Below, in pieces: positions 17,140-32,100 of a DNA stretch of 64,000 nucleotides. A program made the translations under genes and the position numbers. Origin of the DNA: Phoronis australis (lineage: Eukaryota > Animalia > Phoronida); NCBI GenBank assembly GCA_002633005.1, contig NMRA01000116.1, positions 44,483 to 108,482 of the forward strand, given 5' to 3'. The stretch's first letter is position 1, and each line of letters opens with the position of its first letter. A model generated the notes under the pieces. The model did not search any database. It was not told the DNA's origin and saw nothing but the letters and a program-made list of their open reading frames with translations.

Positions 17140-20100
17140 CTAGCAAAAACCCAAAATTAAAAACAGTTAATAAGCTCATTTCTATTTTTGAATCAATGAT
17201 GAACAACACAGTTACTAGATATCGTAAACGTTCGGGTTAACGCCCATGTTCAGTTAACCACCCACCCACGATTTCTGGAAATTTCACGTTTAAGCGCCCA
17301 TGTCTGGTTAACCGCCCACCCCCGATTTTTTGGTTTGCTAATTTAACCGCCCAGGGCGTTAACCCGAAAGTTTACGGTAAGCATTTGCCACGTGGAAATT
17401 AAATTCTCCCTCACTAACTCAGGATGCAAATCAACATAAGTCAGGGGCCAGGAACTAATCTTTGTATACACAATTGATCCCAAAATTATTTTTGAAATTT
17501 TCCATTCGACATTGAGATTAGTGCAAGTCTACACTTGATGACCTCCAGCAACAAACTCAAATAAAAACTTGAAATTTCAAGTTTAGACTCGAAATTTCAT
17601 CAGTAATGCAGTGGCCATCAAGTGCAAACTAGGATTAACCAGTTATCCGTGAGCCATTATGTATTCGAGCATACAATAATAGATATTCATTGGCACAGTA
17701 ACAGAATTATAAAATGCCAAAAGTTTAATTTTGATCATAAACATTAAACCTCGGGCCCAAGAATTTTTGGTCTTACAGTTTCAGCCAGTTGTGCACAGAA
17801 CAACAACTGCTTAGTACCATCACATGTCACCTTGCTATTGTCGAACCAATTACGCTTGATGTCACGCTTATACACAAAAAGTTTTGAAGTTCATACAACC
17901 AAGTCCACATGAATATCTTTACAGTACTTTATTTCCAACATAGCTGAAAATTATCACTTACCAGTAATTACAATTCCCCAAAATTTCAAAATGCAAATAA
18001 TTTGCTTTAAAAATTAACTTTCACTGCATGGTGTGATGTAGCTAATGTGACCTTGCTCAAGGTCACCAAATGATGCTAGTGCCTGGAAGTGCCTGACCCA
18101 CACCTTGGTACACTGAAGAAAATCTAAAGTTTTCATCTGAAATAGTGTGCCAATATCATACCATGAATGATACGCTTACAAGGAAGTCATGCATTTCTAT
18201 AGGGCCTTTCATACAAATGTCGTCGTGTCGATGGTTTGGGGAGTTGCAGTCAGTATGAACCCTTAACTCCAGTCCTGGATCGCAGTTAACAGCTTCCGAA
18301 GTTAACATCGCAGTTAACAGGTGGATTTAATAGTGCAGCGTTGACGCTGCGGTGCAGTATGAACGCTTAACTTTGGTCCAATCGAAGTTATTGCCAGGTG
18401 CCACTGTTATCGTCAACAGTTACAGGGTAGTGTAGTCACTAATAGCTGCTTATATTTTGCTCTAATAATCACCAATCGATTTAAAAATAAATTTAATGCC
18501 ATTTAGGACATGTAAATTTTCCCAAATTGTAACATTGAAAAAAATCTTAGCATGCAGCGCTACCTTGCGATAGCTTCGAAGACAACAGCGTCACCAACCG
18601 TTTATTTCGATATTCATTTTAACTGCCGAAGCCAGTATGAACGGTCCAGTTAACAGCGCTGTTTAGGTCGACGCTCTGCTCAGACCGGAGTTAAGTCAAT
18701 ATGAAAGGGCCTTAAAGATATGTGGGAATTTTCACCGCTCGTCCTGAACGGCTTTTACCAGGATCAAAGAGAGCGCGGCACCAAAGTCGGACACAGTTGT
18801 GAGGACCACATCGTCCAGTGCGAGCAAGACACAATTAAGAGTAATTACCAGACTATAAACTGTAGTAATCATCTCTGGCTGTAAATACTGGCAAATTCTC
18901 AAATGTATTAACCGAACACCACGGCAGTATTCAGCTGGAAAAAAAACAACCAAGTACAGTTTTCGATTTTTAAAAATTGATGAATTAAAAAGCCAAAAAC
19001 TACAAACAATGCGTACGATTGAAGATAACCGACCGTGTGCACTGATATCCTTTCTGTCTCGTTTAACCAGAATTTTCACAAGGAAACAGTTGTACTTAAC
19101 TTGTGCCCACTCTTCATTTTTTTGACTCGGCTGACAATGAAAAATCTAGAATAGTTATGCAGTCAGAGCAACTGAAATTGTCCAGAGATTAAAAATCTTC
19201 AGTTTGACTACCACCATATTTGCACTTATGTATATATTTTATGATTTGAGTTCTAATAAAGATTAAACTTGAACTAATGACACGTGTAGTTTTGTTTGCT
19301 AAGAAACGTTTAGTACGGTAATCTGGAAAATTCAGGGATGGGTTCACAATTAACTAAATTAATTTAATTAAGTTTAGATGGCAATCAAAATCTACCACTG
19401 TTTTGGCACTTCAAGTTAAAAATAAAATAAAACGATATCAACCCTTTCCCGGAATGAAAAAAACAAGTAGACCAGAATATTACAAATGAAATAACGAAAA
19501 CTGGTATGAAGCATATTTAAAACCACCGTTCCTTTGGGAAGTGGCCCTTTGTCAAGATAAATGCAAATTAACTTTTTAGTCACTTTGTTATAATATTTAA
19601 AATGTACCAAGTTAAAACTACTCTCCACAGTTGCAGGCTATAACTGACTGTGCAAATGGCAGAGAAAACCAATTTGGGTGTAATAACAACCACCATTGTT
19701 GAGACAGTACTGGATATTACTGCTGAACAGGCATCATAAAAGTTGTCTGGGGCTGAGGGAAACTGAGCCGTGACCAGTCTAAGTGAAAAATTCGCCACAT
19801 GTGTTTTCCCGGCCAAGGCAAAATACATTTTCTGTCTACGGCCATGAAAATAACGTCAAGTTCACCAAAGTGAACTGATGCCTAAAGCTTCAACCAACGA
19901 CCTCGGTACACTGATGAATATATTCTAAAGCCGACCACAACGCTTCAACCACATTGTGTGATGAAAAGATGCAAAATTGTGTCTCCCCAGCTATAAAGAT
20001 AAAGTGCAGACAATTTCTGTATCAGCTTTCATGTAACTAGCCATATAGGTACAGAAAGTGACTAGCTGTCATACAATGACTGTTCACGCAGACACAAAGT

Positions 20101-23100
20101 TTTCAAAATATATGTTTAGTTTCAATACCTAGTACACAAAAATGGTTGGAGACAGTTATCAATGGCTTACCTCCACACGTATGTAGTCTCACACCTGTAT
20201 CAACTTGTGAATCATAATTTATATAATCTCATCCAAAGTCTTCCTAACTTTCACATTATGGATCTATCAGTACACATATGTGTTACTGGTGGTCCTGAGT
20301 TCAGTGAAATGTTACAGTAACTACCAATGAAAATTTCCGACGTCAATGAAGAGCAATATTAGAAACTTAGCACTTCCCTGTCCGTGTCTCTCGTGAATTG
20401 ATGTGTACACAGATAGTGGCGGACAGAGCCTCTTGATATCAGGAACACTAATCTAGCTTCTTTTGTGTGGAGCAGGACAATTACTGGATTAGTGGTAACT
20501 TCAGGACAATAAATACTGGCTAAAACGGTTGATTTTTCAACCTATTCAACTTCTGAAATTGAATTTTCGCGTGAAAAGCTTTGAATCCTTTTTCTGAAGT
20601 ACAATAAATATTAGCCAAAAACAATAGCATCATTTATGTTTTGTTGACCAAGGGATGTGTGTACCTTAACGTAATCATATGCGTTTTCTCACATTTAACA
20701 AGTTTTAATAATGAACACAACACTTGCTAATCAAGTTTAGTAGGTTTCCTTTGAATTGAAATTCTTTTTCTATTCACTATACAAATAGCGCAGACAACGA
20801 ACTATGGAGACCTTTTATGCAGTTGAACACCGAAGTTACAGAAGAGCCCCATATTCACGTGATTGTCAACAGTATGTAACCAGTCACTGCCTCTATGCTG
20901 AGTATGCGTAAACACAGATTTAAGTTAGCACAATGGACGTCAGAGAGATGAAGTCGTTTCTCAGAGTACAAAATAAGGAAGTCACCAAACAAGTGGAACG
21001 AGCAGTCCGCTGAAACCACAAGCCAACAACCTTTCAAGAAGAATCATATTTTGGGAGAACAAAACACTGAACTTGACAGCATATCCAATTCTCGCAAGTA
21101 TTAGTATACAAACTTACGCGACATTAGAATATTTTCACTGGCAACTTTCACAAGCCTTGCAATCTTTCATGGAATTTGGTCCTGTGCCTACAAGTACTTT
21201 TCTAACGACTGAGGTGAACCATGAGAACCAAAATTCGATTCACAACATTCAGTTAAAAACCCTTGATACTCGTTGATGAAAGCAGTTCCACTGGGCTTTG
21301 GTATGCGGAGTAAATAATTAGATTGACTTGTGAGCTTAAACAATAGATTGTGAGAATACTTCACAACAGATCGGGTTGTTATCTGATCTTGGAATTAAAA
21401 CCACTTCTGTCTGGAGTTGAAACTGTATAGAGGAATTATTTGTCTTAAATTACCAGGGAGGGTGAAAATGTAATACGTGTAGGAACTATTTTACTCCCTC
21501 ACCTTCTTGGTGGGATCTTTGGTCTCCCAGTGGCTAGGCATATCTGGTATACCTCCACACTGGCTGTGACTCCCACCATCATCGGCTATGTATTCCTCTT
21601 TACAGTAACGGCATGTAGACTGAAACAGAACATGAATTAGATGGCTGAGGGGAGACAACTTTTGCTTCACTGTAGTGTTACAGTATTCAACATGTCCGAT
21701 ACTACACAACCACGGCTTCTAATCAGCTTGTTTCTTGCACACCTAGTTTAGATTACTGATCAACTGACAGTAATCAACACTGTTTTGGTGCTAAAACACT
21801 TATTAAATGTGAATGCTGAGTTAGGACATACAGACAACCGATAACTTGACCAAAGGAGTTAACAGACAAACTTACCAAATTAGTGGACTTAATCCTACAC
21901 TCCGATCAGATGTGGAATATCTTTTTGAAAATTAGAAAAATATGATGTTGGACGCATAAACATGTATTGTTGTCCACTGCGACAAAGTATCTCGTAGATT
22001 ATGCTAGTGTATTATAGACATTAGGACACTTTTCAAGCCCGTGTTTTTAGTGTTATAGCTGATTTGAGAATTTTGAAATTAGCGACAGCTTCAATATCCG
22101 TAAAATTACGCTGCTAAATAATATGCTTTTGTAATTCACGCTAGCCCATAATACTTGTGAAGTAACCAACATAATTTATTTGGTGGATTTACTGGGTACA
22201 CTTTCCTTGAGTGGACCACTTACCACATCTACGCCGTTATTGAAACGTCTACATCGAGCAACCAACGAATGTGCAAACACAAAAATAAATCAAGTAGCAA
22301 TGTCTATTTGTAATAATACATTTGTTTATCGTCTTATAATAATAGTGTACTAAGTTTTGATCCAATCTTGTGAAACAATGTCACTACAATTTGACGACAG
22401 CACGTTCAAGGACATGAAAAAAGTTAATTTTGCATGTATTGACAATGAATTATAGATTAAGTTTCAAATAACTTGACAACTATACGTTGCAATGGAAACT
22501 AATAGCACACTTTTGTAAGCTGTTACGAGATTTATTCACATCCCAAGTTTAAAAAGGCCGTTGACGAATGTCGGAGTTATGACACAATAAATCTATAAGT
22601 AAAAGAATGGCCATGAGAAAATCTCGAATGACACTTGAATGGTAAGTCATAGAGAGAAATAGACAACGCACAGGACACCATGAGCTACCAAAAGTCCCGT
22701 TGTGCCTACAGTGCTTTGCTACGTTACAGTGACCTGTTAGAATTTGGATCACATATGTCAAATGCTCAACTGTCAAGATTTCGAAGGTTATTTACTTGTT
22801 GATCATAATGAGAAAGTTCTGCTTGGCTTGTTTACAAGATTTTTAAGTCCCGGTCAACAGCCTCCCGACTACCTCTTAAACGAAGTTGACCCGTGAAGTT
22901 CATTGGACCAAGAGCGCACCAAGTTAACCCGTGAGCCTCATTTTGGCTGAGAGCATACCAAGTTGACCCGTGAACCTCATTTTGGCCGAGAGCGTACCAA
23001 GTTGACCTGTGAGGCTCATTTTGGCCAACAGCATAGTTACCAAGTTGACCCGTGAGGCTCATTTTGGTTGAGAGCGTACCAAGTTGACCCGTGAGGCTCA

Positions 23101-26100
23101 TTTTGGCGGAGAGCGTACCAAGTTGACCCTTGAGGCTCATTTTGGCTGAGAGCGTACCAAGTTGCGAACACTCATATGTAACATATAAGGATAGCAGGAG
23201 GTACATTGTGCAAAACACTTGCTTCTATTTCTAATAGTCTGTTTGCATTATCACCCATAAATGTCTACATAAGCTTTGGCCTATTAGCAGTTCTCTCCAC
23301 TACAAAGCTTTTTAAGCTCAATACACAAGCATCAACATAGTGTGAGATGGCCCTTGGTTGGTACAGTTGGAATGAAGGTCACTAAATAAGGTTTGAGATA
23401 AGTCATGCACCTTTAAACATTTCACAACTTCAAACACATTTCGTAAAAAAATATTTAACATTGTGGTAATGCTATGTGTTTGACATGTACGTCTGGATCG
23501 TGAACACGAGAAAGACACCAATTAATACACATACTTCAAATAAACTCTTAGTCTGCAGTTTATTTTGTGCCACTGAACCGAGGAAGCAAAGGGAAGACTT
23601 TTTGCGAGTTTCAATTCTCTTGTAGGCAGACTGGAATGCATGAACTTTGCACTGCTTAAACATTCAAGTGACTGTAAATACCTTTCCGCATTTAAAGCAA
23701 TTCATCACCTTCTCACCACCATGTACAGGCACCATCACACCACAGCAAGGGCATCTGTGAAAATAGAAACACAGGTGTCACACACGACGTTCACAAATAT
23801 TTAATAGTATAGTACGGTGGTACCAATACTGATAGTTCTCCTACTCATGTGGTCATTCCTTACGTCCAGGGCCTGTCTGACCGCCTCACCTGGACATTTA
23901 AACAGTTTGACATTTCTATTATTAATTCTCTCCGCAGCCAACTGGTTAATGTCAAAAAAGACCCCCAAAGTTAATAAATCTTGTGTTGTCTAAGATGTCA
24001 GGTGTAAGGATCCCCAGTGCTCAGACAGTTACATAGGTGAAACGAAACAGTCCATTAAAATGCGTACGTCACAACATCGTCGTCCTAGTTACGGGGACAC
24101 TTATGATCGGCTATTTTTAGCCACCTGTGCGCCACTAGACATGATTTCTATACCGACGATGTCACTATCCTAGACTGTGAGGAAGACTGGTTTAAAAGGC
24201 GTGAAAAAGAAGCTCTCCATGAGCGCATTGAGAGTCGCTCCCTCTTTAAATAAAAGAGGTGGTTTACGATTCGATTTGTCACACGTATGGGATGGTGTAC
24301 TGACGTCAATGCCGCGCCGTTTAGCCAAAACGCCACCAATTGGCCAGTTTAATGATAACGTTACAAGCCAAACTGAAGTCCGTGAGATGCGAACGCAACG
24401 TCGCTAATTTTTGTAAGTTTTTTATTCCAGTATTAGACTCAAGCTTGATCTACATTCCAAGAAACTGAGTTACGTTCATGTTTGACTTAAGTTTAAGATT
24501 TGTCTCAACTTCTATTTCAAAAACTTTCATATCCGGTAAGGTAGTCAAAATTTAGACAAAACTTAAGCCAAAGACTTAAGACAAGCTTGAAATCTCTTTC
24601 TTGAAACAAACTTGAGATTTTATCTTAAAATTGGCTGAAATTTAAGATTTGTCTTAGCTAAGTCAGTTTTCTTGGAATCAGCCCCATGTCACTAAGTTAC
24701 CAACACGTCGCTCCATAAACGTTAAGCTGTGAGATCTACTTACACAAGTACGCCTTCCCTTTTCTCAAATTCCTTTACAGAGTCTTCTAACATACGTTCA
24801 TGAATAGCGTCATAAGTAACTGGTTCCAGAATCTTTTTTAATTCAGCTGTAATGGTAATTAATACCTTTGCTGTGTGTTGGCTCGAGAACATTATAGAGC
24901 AGGCACCTTGTATTGTCAGGGTATACTAGTTTGACTGTAAAAATGCCTTTCATTTAGACCACTAAGTGTTAATGACATTGCTCTTAAATTGTTCCTTCAT
25001 CAAATTAAATATGACAGACTTCGAAGGAACTGACATTCATTACTGCTCAAAGTAATGCTCTACAATTTGGCTTGTCACAACATATGAAAGTGAGAATATC
25101 GTAATTGGACAGGGTATATACAGAAACAAGAGAAACGCGGAGTGTTAAAATGCATGCACCCACGAATGCACTGCAGATGGTGTGGTTCTAGGGGAGTTTA
25201 TTTGTATCACAAAAATGGCCACTAGATGGTGCAAAATACGTTGAATCCATCCGAAAACGGTAAAATGCCATCGTTTCTTCAATAGAAAGCTTTTACCTAA
25301 TTTCCTAAAAATCTGTGACAGTCAAGAAACAAAGGAAAACCAAAAAATGAAGTTGTCACTAGAGGGCACAATGTTCATCCGATTCGTCTCAAAGCCATCG
25401 CCATCATCGTCCCTTGTCAACTTCATATAAATACAGTTGCCAATGTTCCAATAAAGATCCTGTAGAGTATTTAGGAAACACAGCTATTTGGCCACAAAAA
25501 ACAAGACTGACACTATGAGGCGCCACAGTAGTTAAAGTCATTGTAAAATCATGGTCAACTGTCCTCTTCACACTAAGAACATATATGCCAATTTTCACAA
25601 TCATCCTTAGAATGCATTGGTTCATAGACGGGCGGACGCCAAAAACAGACTACAAAATGATAAAAATGGCTGCTAGATCGCGCAAAATATGTTGAATCCA
25701 TCTGAAAACAGGTACATTTCTACGTTTTTTAATCAAAAGTTGTTTATTACATTTCATAAAAATCCGTAAAAGACTTTCAGAGAAACAGAGGAAAACTGAA
25801 AAAATAAAATTGCCACTAGGGGGCACAGCGTTCGTAGGATCCGTCTGAAAAACAGACTCGAAAACAGCAAAAATGGCCACTAGATGGCGCAAAATACCTC
25901 AAATCCATCTGTAAACAAGAGGATAGTGTCATCTCACCAATAGATGCCTATAATCCAAGCTTTATGAATATCCGTTGAAAACCTTTGAAGATACAGAGGT
26001 AAAAAAATTGCCTCTAGGGGACACAACGATAGCCAAATCCATCCAAAAGTCATCGTCAACTGTTGTAAATTTTATATCAATTGCTAAATTTAGTAAATAT

Positions 26101-29100
26101 CCTCCAGACTGTTTAGGAGAATTACAGCTATGGGCGCAAAAAACAAAACTGCCACAAGGAGGTGCCACAGTGGTCAAAGTCGTCCGAAAATCATCATGAG
26201 CCGTCCTCTTTATAATAACAAATCAGTATAGTTCAGTAGTTACTAAAAGCCTTTCATTTACACAAACTTCGTTAAATACACAACTAGACTTTTTATTAGC
26301 GAGCTTGATACAGGTACCTTTGTAATTTCAAAATAGTCTCCTTTCTTCTGGTGTGCAGATATGAAGTAAAAGACCGAGAGACATAACAAACAAACAAATA
26401 AAAACAGTACCTATATTTCGAGACTTCATGTCACATCATCAGGCAATGACTGGATTGAACATACACATAGCGAAATAAATAGCGAAATCCACGTGACAGC
26501 GAGAAGAAGGGCATACAAGCAGAGCCCTTATGAAAAAGCTTCAGGAAATTCTAATCCCGAAAGCCAGTGAGAATCTCACTGGATTCCAGTTAGATTCCAG
26601 TGAGAATCTAACTAATTAAGATGCCATTTAAATTAGTGAGAAAAAAATTCTCACTCTAGTGAGAATACAGTGATATTCCAGTTAGAATTCAGTGAGAATC
26701 TAACTAATTTGCATAGCATTCCCACTCAGTGAGAATTTGTCTTACTGAAATTCTCACTCAATAGGAATGCTATGCAAATTAGTGAGAATTTGTGTTAATG
26801 AAATTCTCACTGAAAATCTCACTGGGTGAGAATTTTGAACTTAGAAAATTTTGTGTGCCTTTTCAGCCACTGACTGAATAGAATCGAGATCAAACCTTTT
26901 TGGTAACCAAAACACTGCTTATTTTTGTGAGTTTATCTTGAACTTTGACTAAGGATACAATTTAATAATTGCTAATTGTGAAATATAGCAGACATAAAAT
27001 AATAACTATAATGCCTTTGGTGAATCAGCAAAATACTGAAAACTCAGCTGTCAACATGCACAGAATGAAGACATCAGCCTAATACTGGTGCTTCATGCAC
27101 TCTACTACATGTATGAAATGTACTAACCTTAAGCTTATTAACACGCAAAATCAGTCCAGGATCACCTGTGGTTGACTTGCAGACAAACTGTTCAGTAATT
27201 TCAGAATATTTGTGAGAAAAACATCAACAATCTTCAAGCTATTTCTCCAACTGCTCATTCCTGACGCCATTTTAGTTTGAATTCAGAAATCTGGTTCAAC
27301 TGAAATTTCTACAGTTACAGCCAATCAGGGTGTTTGTTTATCTCAGATTCTCACTGAATTCTCACTCCAATTTTGGCAAGTCCAAATTCTCACTCAATTC
27401 TCACTCAGATTTTTCCTAAGTCTGAAATTCTCACTGATTCTCACTCAGAATTTTTCTAAGACCAAAATTCTCACTGGATTCTCACTGTTACATAACATTT
27501 TCTCACTCATTCTCACTGACTGCCCCTGTTGTTCAATTCCCACTGGGTTCTCACTGGCATTTCTAACTATAATTGGTGATTTAGTGAGAATCTAACTGGA
27601 ATCTAACTGGAATCCAGTGAGATTCTCACTTTCTTTTTCGTATGGGAGAGTGTGAATGTAACACACGGTAGGAAGCCCGCAACCCTATCAAAACAGAGCC
27701 AGAGTGTGATGCACACCTGTGAGCAGTTCATTCAACACAGGTTTTTTGTGACTGATCAATAGCTATTCCAAAATCTTTAGCCGAAATATGTCATTTTCAA
27801 CATACCGAATGATGGTATTAACTACTATTTCTTGCCTACAGTATAGTTATATGTTCGTAACTCAGATATTTGTTAGACATCGTGCTTAAGAAGATTGTAA
27901 GGGATAACATTAAAGGAGAATGCCACCTGATTTAATTAGTCTTTTTTCCGTCTTAATCGGTCTATATATCCACATCACCTCTCATACGGTCGACCTTACC
28001 TTGCCGAGAGGTGTCGCGTTAACCTGTGAGGAAGGTGAGAAACGATGCATTGACGTCAGTGGTTCGTTTGCAGAGTGAATGCCGCTATGTTGCGGTGTAT
28101 CGTTCCCGCTTGTCCGAACTATGCAGCTGCGAGGAAAGTGGGTATATCGTTTTTTCGAATTCCTCAAGAGTCCGAAATGCTTATAGGAAGTGGCTCGCAG
28201 TAGTGAAGAATGAAAAGTACGCTGTAAATAGCAGTGCCTGACGAATGCCGGCTTACCAAACAACTATCAATACATTTCGTTGTCTGTCAGAGCTTGTTCA
28301 TGGTGCCTCTTTAGTATTTCTTCATCACTGTGTTCCTGTTCGAAATGAAATGTAACGATCCACCTGCGAAGTCTTCGTCCGGATGAGCCCTCGGTTGTCT
28401 AAGTTGGGATTGTAAGTTGCCATGTTGACGTTTATTACTGAGCGTTCTGTTTCAAAATGAATTATTCTCACCCTTACCAAGACTTATATTAAAACTGAAA
28501 CAAAGTCTGTCTCATTAGATGCAATTTGTAATGCCTTTGGAGTGTTCGAGAGTGCCAATGATTTGAGAAGCCAGCAATGAATAAATCACTGCGTTACCGG
28601 CTTTAGGTGCAATAAAACTAATTGACGGGACACCGAGGCCATGTGAGCTCATGCTAATTTAGTGTTTGATGGCAGAAACTGTTGTGAAACAACTCAATTT
28701 CTATCCCACAGTCAGGTGTTAGGGGAATCTTTATTTACATTTACATTATTCACATAATGATCGTCAATGCACAACTTGTGCCCTGACGGTTCTGTCTGGC
28801 CAAAGCGGAACCTGAATTCCGACGAGTAAGTAGATATGCAGTTTCATGGCTAATTCACCAAACATAATCATGTGCACTTTACTTCTTAGGCTCACTAGTA
28901 TAGTATTTTCTTGACTGTAAGTTTAGTTTCCAACTTTGGCTGGTTTATGTCCGTGATGTCTAATCGCTTTCCGAGCCATGATATGACTGGCCGGGATTAA
29001 ACGATCAGTCCAACCGCGACGGGCCTCAGATCGTGCTCCGAGCCACTGGCCACGATACAAGCGTTTTGAACTAAAAAATCACAAGTCTAAACAACACAAA

Positions 29101-32100
29101 TCTAGGTTCTCCTGTCTGTATCTCACGGCAAAATACTTAGAATTATCTCTGAATAGACCCCAAACTCCTGCTATGGACCTTATTGGCCTGCCGAACTTTG
29201 TAGGCTGCGGTGTGTCCAAACTCCAATAAATCCGTAGCAACGAAATAAAACAACATGTTTTTATAAAAACTAGGTATATTTTTAAGGGTTTTACTTCGAA
29301 GTTTGATGATTTATTGGTGTGAAAAGATGAATTCAAGCAATAAGCTGACACCAATAACCCGTGTTGTGAACTGTGTGTGAAACCAATTACATCATTGGAT
29401 AATTTCAACCCCTCCGTCTGCTGTCAGGTGTCAATTAGTAACGCAACCGTACGTGCTGTAATGGAGTAGAACTACTCGATCTAAATTGATACAAATTAGG
29501 TTGTTTTTTTGGGTGGCATGCTCCTTTAAGGTGATCAAACCTGGTGACAGATTGAATGTAGTCATTTATTATCAGAATATAAAGTCACGTCACCTAATGT
29601 CATGAAAAACAACCCCAGTTGTGAAAGACTACAACCAGTGGCCAAATGTAATGTCACCACCGCCAGATGGACGGACGAACGGAGATGATGGCATAAAGTG
29701 TCCACATATAAATAATATGGCGGCATAAAAATTCTACATTCACAAACCTCACTCAGTGAGAAGATGGCCACTGTGTGAGAATTTTAGGAAGGATAGTCAA
29801 GTAGGAAAACAAATTATCACTGGGTGCTATGTAAACTATATTAGTACCACCACTAGATTGGCATGTAGTATCTTACAACAGATGGTGCTATGTGTTACAA
29901 TATGGCAACTTCTGCAGTCTTCAGACTCGTCGAACACTTCTTCAGATATATAGGCTTAAGGTTCATACATAGCATTACTTAGATTCTCAATTCACTGTGT
30001 ATTAGTTCCTTAGTTCTTAGCCAAAATACCTAAGGGTCAGACCTGCCTGACACTCCAGGCATTGGAGTCTGGAATAACACTGTATTCTCACTGAAGTGAG
30101 ATTCACATTGTATGGAATTCCATGAAATTCTCACTTCAGCTTTTTCATTTTGCCTGCCATTGAATTCCTGTCAACGAATAGCGAAGTGTCATGCATTTGT
30201 TTGCAAACAAAAAACTCACTTTTCATCTGAGTATGGTACAATTTTATCCTGTAAGTGGTCAAAATCATAATATCGTGTTCAGTTCAGCTTTAAAGACACT
30301 TTGAATAATTACCAAATTTCAGTCCCATAACCATCTGCAGACACTCAAAGACATGCTTTTGTAGAGTATGGATAGTTGGTTATACGAAGCCGTTGTCAAT
30401 CCCACCCTCCACCTTGACACATTTTCAGCTAGGTGCAGATGCATTCAAATTTGATAGACCACAATTTGAGTCTTAACTTAGAAGAAATGAATGGCATACA
30501 TAGTGTAGAGTTCCGGTAATTTTGTGCGCACGTGTACAGTGAACTTCCTGCTCATCGCAATAAAACGGCGCATCTCAAATCGGCAAAGGGACGATATAAA
30601 ATTTGAGTTCAAGTTATTACACACGATTGTACAATGCAAAAAGTTACGTTACCAAGTGGTATCCACTTGTGACAGCCTTTAAGTGGACACTCCACTGAAT
30701 AGTGCACCATCGCATCATGACCACGGCGATTAACCTCAATAAAAGAAAAACACCATGAAATAACAGTTTGAAATCCAACTCGGTCATCCATTAATCAAAC
30801 AAGAGCAATGCAAAGCATTGAAATGGGCCCACAACTGCACTGCAAACGGCATGCATTTAGGGGAGTTTATTTGTACCATAAATTTAATAAATATCTTAAA
30901 GAGGGTTTGGGAGATATAGCCATAGACACATACAAATGCCACTAGGAGGTAATCACAATAGTCCAAGTTGTCCAAGAATCCTCATTAGCTGGCCTCATTA
31001 CAGTAAACGCCAATTTCCAAAAACATCCTCAGTGTTTGGTTGATAGAGGGGCAGATGCCAAAAACAGACTAGAAAACAGTAAAAATGAACACTAGGTGGA
31101 GCAACATATGTTGAATCCATCTGAAAACAGAAACACGTCATCATTTCTTTAATAAAAAGCTATTTACCAAATGTCATGAAAATCCATCAAGGAACTTCGG
31201 AGAAACTGAAGAAAACAGAAAAAATGAAATTGCCACTAGGGGGCACAGTGTTTGTCGTATCAGTCTGAAAGTCGTCACCTTCCATTGTCAACTTTATATA
31301 TATTAAATCCACTTGATAAATTTAACAAAGATCCTGCAGAGGGTTTAGGAGATACAGCAACCGACGTGAAAAAAACAAAACTGCTACTAGGAGGGACCAC
31401 AGTAGTCGATGTCATCGGATAATCATCGTCAGTTTTCCTCTTCACAATAGGGACATGTATGCCAATTTTCACAATCACCCTTTGAGTGATTTGGCTGATA
31501 GAGGGGAGAGTGCCAAAAAAACAGACTCGCTACTAGGTGGCGCAAAATACCTCGAATCCATCTGAAAATGGAAGGATAGCGTCATCTCACTAAGAGATGC
31601 CTATCTACCAAATTTTATGAAAGTTCGTTGAGCACCTTTGAAGACACAGACTGAGGTAAATGTAAAAAACTAAAATTTCCACTAGGGGACACACCAGTAG
31701 TACGATGTGTCCAAAAGTCGTCGTCATCTGTTGTCAACACTTGCTTAATACACTTGCTTAATTTGATAAAGAACTTGCAGAGCGATAAGGAGATCCAGCC
31801 ATGGGCGCAAAAATAAACAAGAGCAACGCGGAGCGTTGAAATGCGCCCACAATTGCACCGCATACGGTATCCTTCTAGGGTTGTTTATTGGTACCATAAA
31901 GTGGCCAGTAGAGGGCATACTTTGCAAAATGGAAAGGCATGGTCATTGTCTCCTCAATAGGCTAGGGGCAAAATGTGAGTAATCTTCATAATACAAGCAC
32001 ATCCTATACACCAGTTGCTTAAAGCACCACAGAAACATAGAATTAAAAACAAATTTACCAACATACGAGATTAGCACAGCATTAGAATGCCAGAAACAAA

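Noticed and set aside
22832-23218. 128-aa repetitive ORF
   Set aside because: Product of a 39-bp minisatellite inside an intron.
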